The notes under the pieces: generated by a model | The model's database searches: none | Told to the model about the DNA's origin: nothing | Seen by the model: only the letters and a program-made list of their open reading frames with translations | Part shown: positions 58,413 through 64,000 of the stretch, one piece after another | Layout: the number at the start of each line of letters is the position of its first letter | How positions within the stretch are numbered: the first letter of the stretch is position 1 | Position numbers and translations under genes: made by a program | Assembly (NCBI GenBank): GCA_030765625.1 | Contig: JAVCCF010000023.1 | Coordinates: 526 to 64,525 of the forward strand | Direction: 5' to 3' | Source: Candidatus Tenebribacter burtonii | GTDB taxonomy: Bacteria; Cloacimonadota; Cloacimonadia; Cloacimonadales; TCS61 | Length of the DNA stretch: 64,000 nucleotides

Positions 58413-60329
58413 ATGAATATAAAAATAAAATTTCCGGATGGTTCAGTTAAAGAACATCCGAAAAATATATCTCCGCTGGAAATTGCGGAGAGCATAAGTC
58501 ATGGTTTGGCAAAACAAACAATTGTTGCAGAAGTAAATGGCAAATTATTAGATCTTGATTTCAAAATTAAAGAAGATGCTGAGATCATATTTTTTAAATT
58601 TGATAGTAAAGAGGGAAAGGAAGTATATTGGCACAGCACTGCTCATCTTCTTGCACAAGCAGTAAAAGAGCTTTTTCCTAACGTTATGGTCACAATTGGT
58701 CCGGCAATAGAAAATGGATTCTATTACGATTTTGATAAAGAAATTCCATTTACTGATAAAGATCTGGAAAAGATCGAACAAAAAATGAAAGAACTTTCTA
58801 GGCAGAATGCTGTTTATAAAAGACAAGAACTTTCTAAGAAAAAAGCTCTTAAACTTTTTTCTGAACTGAAAGAAGATTATAAATTAGAATTATTGGAAGA
58901 TATTCCTGAAGATGAAATAATATCAATTTATACTCATGGTAATTTCACCGATCTTTGCCGTGGACCTCATATCCTTGATACCGGTAAGATAAAAGCAATA
59001 AAGCTTCTTAAAACTTCCGGTGCATACTGGCGAGGAGATTCCAAAAATAAGATGTTACAGCGGATTTACGGAGTGAGTTTCCCTTCCAATAAAGAACTTA
59101 AAACATTCCTGTATAATTTGGAAGAAGCAAAAAAAAGAGATCATCGTAAAATTGGGAAGAAGCTCGATCTCTATTCATTCTCAGATGAGATTGGTCCGGG
59201 ACTTGTTTTATGGCATCCAAACGGTGCTATGATGCGCTCAATTGTGGAAGATTATTGGAAGAAGCGTCATTTTGAAGACGGTTACAGCTTGGTGAATACT
59301 CCGCATATTGGAAAAGCTGGACTTTGGGAAAAGAGCGGTCATTTAGAATTTTATAAAGAAAGCATGTACAGTGCTATCGAAGTGGATGATATAGAATATT
59401 ATCTCAAACCGATGAACTGTCCTTTTCATATTGCAATATATCAAAACCAAAAGAGAAGTTATAGAGAGCTTCCAATTAGGTATGCTGAAATGGGAACTGT
59501 TTATAGATATGAAAATTCTGGTTCTCTTCATGGTTTAATGCGTGTTCGTGGCTTTACTCAGGATGATGCACATATCATTTGTACTCCGGAGCAACTGGAT
59601 AATGAAATAATTAAAGTTGTAAAATTTAGTTTGGATATTCTTAAAGCTTTTGGGTTTAAGGATTTTGAGATATATCTTTCTACAATGCCAGAAAAAGCAG
59701 TTGGTGAAAAAGCAGATTGGGATAAAGCAACTGCTTCATTGAAAAAATCTTTAGAAAAACTTAAGATAGATTATGAAGTTGATGAAGGTGGTGGTGCCTT
59801 TTATGGTCCCAAGATCGATATTAAGATCAAAGATGCTTTAAATCGTTCATGGCAATGTTCTACAATTCAGTTTGATTTCAATCTTCCAACCAGGTTTGAA
59901 ATGGAATACATTGGTGAAGATAATCAACCGCATCGTCCGTTCATGGTCCATAGGGCACTTCTTGGTTCTCTTGAAAGATTTTTTGGAACATTGATAGAAT
60001 ACCATGCAGGAAATTTTCCGATCTGGTTATGCCCAGTTCAAGTTAAGATTCTGCCGATTTCTGATAATTATATTGAATATGCAAAAAAGGTTAATGCAGA
60101 ACTCATAAAGTATGGAATCAGAAGTGAAGTTGATTACAAAAATGAAAAAATAGGATATAAAATTCGAGAAGCTGAAATGATGAAAATACCTTATATGTTC
60201 ATTTTGGGTCAGAAGGAGATGGAATCAGATTCCATATCAGTTCGTCGTCATGGTGAAGGTGATCTGGGTAGTAAAAAAATAGAAGAAATTGTAAAAAAAA
60301 TTCAGCAAGAGATCGAAGCAAAGAAATAG
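58413..60329 (+). CDS. thrS: threonine--tRNA ligase
   Basis: TGS domain (IKFPDGS), editing-domain HSTAHLLAQA, class II core (FRYE-type YRYENSGSLHGLMRVRGFTQDDAH) and an anticodon-binding C-terminus. I chose the ATG at 58413, after AAGGAG. Confidence 0.9.
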   Translation: MNIKIKFPDGSVKEHPKNISPLEIAESISHGLAKQTIVAEVNGKLLDLDFKIKEDAEIIFFKFDSKEGKEVYWHSTAHLLAQAVKELFPNVMVTIGPAIENGFYYDFDKEIPFTDKDLEKIEQKMKELSRQNAVYKRQELSKKKALKLFSELKEDYKLELLEDIPEDEIISIYTHGNFTDLCRGPHILDTGKIKAIKLLKTSGAYWRGDSKNKMLQRIYGVSFPSNKELKTFLYNLEEAKKRDHRKIGKKLDLYSFSDEIGPGLVLWHPNGAMMRSIVEDYWKKRHFEDGYSLVNTPHIGKAGLWEKSGHLEFYKESMYSAIEVDDIEYYLKPMNCPFHIAIYQNQKRSYRELPIRYAEMGTVYRYENSGSLHGLMRVRGFTQDDAHIICTPEQLDNEIIKVVKFSLDILKAFGFKDFEIYLSTMPEKAVGEKADWDKATASLKKSLEKLKIDYEVDEGGGAFYGPKIDIKIKDALNRSWQCSTIQFDFNLPTRFEMEYIGEDNQPHRPFMVHRALLGSLERFFGTLIEYHAGNFPIWLCPVQVKILPISDNYIEYAKKVNAELIKYGIRSEVDYKNEKIGYKIREAEMMKIPYMFILGQKEMESDSISVRRHGEGDLGSKKIEEIVKKIQQEIEAKK

Positions 60330-60355
60330 AGATTTATAAAAACTCCGGAGATATC

Positions 60356-61321
60356 ATGGATATAATCAAATTCATCAAAGACGAATTAAATCTGGAAGCA
60401 AAAGCTATCAGGGAAGTTGCAGATAGAATTGATTCCAAAATAGAAGATGTAATTGATCTTATTTTTTACTGTAAGGGTAAGGTCGTTGTTACGGGAATGG
60501 GGAAAGCAGGAATAATTGCACGTAAAATTGCTTCAACTCTCGTAAGTACCGGAACCACAGCAATTTTCCTACACGCTGCAGAAGGAATTCACGGTGATCT
60601 TGGTTTACTTGATGATGATGATGTGGTTATTGCTGTTTCTAATAGTGGAAATACAAATGAACTTACATCTATAATTCCATACATAAAATTCCATAAGATT
60701 CCAATTATTGCCTTAACAGGTAATCTGCAATCACAGTTGGCAAAAAATGCATCAGTTACAATTGATTGTTTCGTGCCGAAAGAATATGAACCATTTGGAC
60801 TAGTTCCAACATCCAGTACAACGGTTGCCTTAGCTGTTGGAGATGCAATAGCTGTTGCTTTATTAAAAAAACACAATTTCAATGAAGATGATTTTGCTCA
60901 ATTCCATCCTGGTGGAACGATTGGTAAAAAACTTATATATAAGATTAAAGACTTGATGCATTCGGGTAAAGAAAACCCTATCGTGGATAATACTGCTAAA
61001 ATGAATAAGGCAATTATCGAAATGACCTCTAAAGGACTCGGCTGTACAAATATTATCGGTGAAGATGGTAAACTTGTTGGGATAATTACAGATGGTGATT
61101 TGCGGCGTATGATAGAAAAAGGTATAACTGATTTAAACATTGATGTTATAGAGGTTATGATAAAAGATCCGAAATCTATGAACCCTCAAGAACTTGCTGT
61201 TGCTGCTTTGAATCTCATGGAAGATAATAAGATAACAATGCTGCCAATTGTTGATAAGAATAATAAACCGATTGGCATGCTTCACATGCACGATCTTATT
61301 AATGCAGGTGTCGTGGGATAA
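60356..61321 (+). CDS. kdsD: KpsF/GutQ-family arabinose-5-phosphate isomerase (SIS + tandem CBS)
   Basis: SIS motif VVVTGMGKAG and SNSGNT, plus two C-terminal CBS domains. Confidence 0.85.
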   Translation: MDIIKFIKDELNLEAKAIREVADRIDSKIEDVIDLIFYCKGKVVVTGMGKAGIIARKIASTLVSTGTTAIFLHAAEGIHGDLGLLDDDDVVIAVSNSGNTNELTSIIPYIKFHKIPIIALTGNLQSQLAKNASVTIDCFVPKEYEPFGLVPTSSTTVALAVGDAIAVALLKKHNFNEDDFAQFHPGGTIGKKLIYKIKDLMHSGKENPIVDNTAKMNKAIIEMTSKGLGCTNIIGEDGKLVGIITDGDLRRMIEKGITDLNIDVIEVMIKDPKSMNPQELAVAALNLMEDNKITMLPIVDKNNKPIGMLHMHDLINAGVVG

Positions 61322-61410
61322 TAAATCTAATTTTATTCAAGTGATTACGGATACAATTAATATTTGAAATAACGGTCATAAAATGAAATGATATAGAAAT
61401 AGGATTGAAT

Positions 61411-62289
61411 ATGGATAGAATAATCAGAGGAATTACCAAAGATAAAAGTATTCGTTTCTTTGCTATCGATGCAACAAAGTCTGTGCAAGAAGCTGTAACT
61501 ATTCATCATTTATCTATGACTAATTCTGTAATAATGGGAAGAATGATAAGTGCAACACTCATGATGGCAGCCGATCTGAAATCAGATAAAAATGTAATAA
61601 CCTTAAAAATCGATTGTGATGGTCCAGTGGGAACTGCGATAGTAACTGCCCGTAAAAACGGAAATGTAAAGGGTTACTTAAAATATCCGGAAGTTGAAAT
61701 TCCATTAAATGAGCATACAAAAACCTTTGATATTCAAAGAGCTATTGGGGATGGAACTCTCACAATCATTAAAGATTTGGGCATGAAAAATCCATACATC
61801 GGACAAATAGAATTGAAATATTCAACCATTGCTAAAGATCTCACTTATTACTTTGCTCAGTCGGAACAGATTCCTTCTTCGGTTGGTCTTGGAGTTTTGG
61901 TAATGCCGGATGGAACAGTAAAAAAGGTTGGCGGATTTATAATACAGGTTTTACCGCAAACTTCTGAAGAAGTAATTTCCCAGATTGAAGAGAATCTGGC
62001 AAAATTTCCTAATTTGACCGATATGATGGATTTGGAGCATTCTATAGAAGACATAATATCTAAGTTCATTTTAAAAGGTTTGGAACCTGAGATCAAAGAA
62101 ACTTCATCTGTAAAATATAAATGTGATTGTTCAAAAGAGAAATTCGAAGATGGGATTAGACTACTTTCTAAAAAGGAACTTCAGGAAGCAATTGATACAA
62201 ATGAAACACTTACTATTCATTGCCATTTTTGTAACACAGATTACAATTTTGATAAAAATAAGATCGAAAAGATCTTAAAAGAAATGTAA
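61411..62289 (+). CDS. hslO: redox-regulated chaperone Hsp33
   Basis: Hsp33 fold pattern and the C-terminal zinc centre CDCSKEKF...CHFCNTDY. I chose the ATG at 61411. Confidence 0.85.
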   Translation: MDRIIRGITKDKSIRFFAIDATKSVQEAVTIHHLSMTNSVIMGRMISATLMMAADLKSDKNVITLKIDCDGPVGTAIVTARKNGNVKGYLKYPEVEIPLNEHTKTFDIQRAIGDGTLTIIKDLGMKNPYIGQIELKYSTIAKDLTYYFAQSEQIPSSVGLGVLVMPDGTVKKVGGFIIQVLPQTSEEVISQIEENLAKFPNLTDMMDLEHSIEDIISKFILKGLEPEIKETSSVKYKCDCSKEKFEDGIRLLSKKELQEAIDTNETLTIHCHFCNTDYNFDKNKIEKILKEM

Positions 62290-62304
62290 AAAAGGATATA
62301 AATT

Positions 62305-64000
62305 ATGAATATAAAGTTTCCATTAACAAGTATTGGGATTTGTATTATAATTACTTTTTTTGCATATTTGGTTAATTTTTTACCTAATCAATTCTATAAC
62401 TTATTTAGTAAATTAAAATTACTTGTTGATTCAAATTATAATTTAAGACCCTTATTATATATTATTTGGCAAGTCCAAGCGTTGATATCAACTTTATCTA
62501 TAATGGTTTTAACAATTATTCAAACTCTTTTTAATAAACGAATTTTTGGTATGCGCTTTTTAAAAGCTGTAAATTTGAAAAAAAAATATAGTAACCTGAT
62601 TTTCTCTAGTATTATTTTAATTTTTATTATGTACTTTTTTGTTGTTAAAGACATGTTAGCAGGAGTTTTATTTGTATTTTTTTGTAGTGTAATTTTAATT
62701 ATTTATTTAATATTTAATACTCTAAAACTTATTATAAATCCTGAAAAACTCGAGAAAGATATTATTAAACATTTTGAAGAGAAAATTCTTTATATTTCAG
62801 AATCTAAAAATGAAGTAAAAGGTGAAAATGAAAATAAAGAAATTATTGAACAAATAAAGCAGTTAAGAGCACATACTATAGATTTGATAACACAGGATAA
62901 TGACACAGAAGCAACAGAAAATATAAATCTAATTTTCAATTTAATTTCGCTTGATAATAATATAAAAATTACTGACCAACTTAATTCCACTATGATAGAT
63001 ATCATTAATAAATTTCAAAGTGTTCGAAGATTTGAACAGGCAAACGAAATAATCGTACAATATTATTACATTGTTGAAAGCTCAGATGATGAACAAACGA
63101 AAATTAAAAATCATAATAAAATTTTAAAAATTGTTGAGTATCGACTTCTTATTTTGAAAGCATTAGATAATTCACAAGAAGTATATGAGCATGCTGATAT
63201 AGAATTACTTATTCTTTTTTCTAAAAATTTGGACAAATCTAAAGATTCATTTATTATTAAATATCTATCCGAAGCATTTCAAAAATTATTTACAAGTATA
63301 ATCAATAGTAAATTATCAAAAATTGGAATTGTAGATGTTTTAGAAATATATTATAACAAGTTGTTCACAACTATATTTGGCTTGTATAAATCTATTAATA
63401 AAATCGAACATTTTGTATATTTATTAGCAAATATTTCAGATAACTTTTTTCGATTGTATACAAAAAGCAAAGAATCGGTTTATCTACAGAATTATTGGAA
63501 AATCTATGATTATTTTAATAATTATCCAACAACGTTAAGCGATTATAAATGGATAAATGAACTTTGTATGATTTATGTAATAAGAGTTTGGTGCAACAAT
63601 CCAGAAAAAGTAACAATGAAACTATATAAAAATGCAAAAAAAGATTTGTTAAATTGGGGAACTTCATACCAAGTAAAAGTAAATGAATTTTGGGATAGTT
63701 TTGATTTTTCCAAAAGAGTTATGAGAAGTCTTGAATCAAATTATCATACATTTATTGAGGAACCTTATTCTCCATCATTTGATTATAAAACATTACATTT
63801 CTATATCTTTACAACAATAATTCATTTTTATGATTATAATGATTTATTAATTATGCTTAATGTGGAAGATTACCGATCGTTTAATAATTGGTATGAAAAA
63901 GGTAAGTTTAGAATAGAATCAAAGGGTACAAAAGAATATATTGAAAAATTCTATAATTTTACTGGATTTACACCATTAGTCGAAAAAGACTTTGTTTATC
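62305..64000 (+). CDS. large hypothetical membrane protein, 3' end outside the window (absent from the supplied ORF track)
   Basis: I translated 62305-64000 codon by codon and found ATG plus 564 further codons with no stop, in sequence of only ~18-28 % G+C by hand count of two 60-nt lines. About four N-terminal hydrophobic helices are followed by a K/N/I/Y/E-rich region. AAGGA lies upstream. Confidence 0.6.
   Translation, partial: MNIKFPLTSIGICIIITFFAYLVNFLPNQFYNLFSKLKLLVDSNYNLRPLLYIIWQVQALISTLSIMVLTIIQTLFNKRIFGMRFLKAVNLKKKYSNLIFSSIILIFIMYFFVVKDMLAGVLFVFFCSVILIIYLIFNTLKLIINPEKLEKDIIKHFEEKILYISESKNEVKGENENKEIIEQIKQLRAHTIDLITQDNDTEATENINLIFNLISLDNNIKITDQLNSTMIDIINKFQSVRRFEQANEIIVQYYYIVESSDDEQTKIKNHNKILKIVEYRLLILKALDNSQEVYEHADIELLILFSKNLDKSKDSFIIKYLSEAFQKLFTSIINSKLSKIGIVDVLEIYYNKLFTTIFGLYKSINKIEHFVYLLANISDNFFRLYTKSKESVYLQNYWKIYDYFNNYPTTLSDYKWINELCMIYVIRVWCNNPEKVTMKLYKNAKKDLLNWGTSYQVKVNEFWDSFDFSKRVMRSLESNYHTFIEEPYSPSFDYKTLHFYIFTTIIHFYDYNDLLIMLNVEDYRSFNNWYEKGKFRIESKGTKEYIEKFYNFTGFTPLVEKDFVY

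Noticed and set aside
1-64000. Search by eye for CRISPR arrays, tRNA/rRNA genes, IS elements, integrases and prophage genes
   Set aside because: I found no regularly spaced direct repeats, no GC-rich structured-RNA-like segments in any intergenic gap (the largest are 415, 214 and 202 nt) and no transposase/integrase-like translations. A tRNAscan/Infernal run would be needed to exclude small ncRNAs formally.

Overview
This is a 64-kb chromosomal segment of an AT-rich, compact bacterial genome with about 50 genes, short intergenic gaps and frequent ATGA/TAATG start-stop overlaps. Housekeeping genes recognisable from the translations are gpmI, asnS, adk, trkH/trkA, an rluD-like gene, an HtrA-like protease, dCMP deaminase, tsaB, an LpxL-family acyltransferase, a yhaM-like gene, a CaCA antiporter, thrS, kdsD and hslO. 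Seven further genes encode products ending in the type-A type IX secretion (T9SS) sorting domain (NYPNPFNP-TTI-F ... SGIYFY-L ... K-LLLK). That points to an FCB-group, Cloacimonadota-like organism, by inference only. Accessory content: (i) A seven-gene same-strand block of exported proteins lies at 40.4-55.4 kb. It holds an EEP-fold lipoprotein split by a ~300-aa insertion, a dockerin-bearing T9SS protein next to a cohesin-like lipoprotein, a gingipain-like C25 peptidase and a 15-repeat protein. (ii) A 3.8-kb islet at 33.7-37.5 kb is bounded by an 11-nt direct repeat and carries a single-chain nuclease-methyltransferase-TRD (type IIG-like) restriction enzyme plus a decayed AlbA_2 gene. (iii) A tandem pair of T9SS paralogues, the second with a single in-frame TAG. 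(iv) A two-gene operon of a flavin reductase and a zinc-ribbon/NDT(TIR)-like protein. (v) A DUF2971 gene. (vi) A very AT-rich open frame of more than 565 codons that runs off the right edge and is absent from the supplied ORF track. I saw no rRNA, tRNA, CRISPR array, transposase or integrase. All domain calls are motif recognition by eye, and no search was run.
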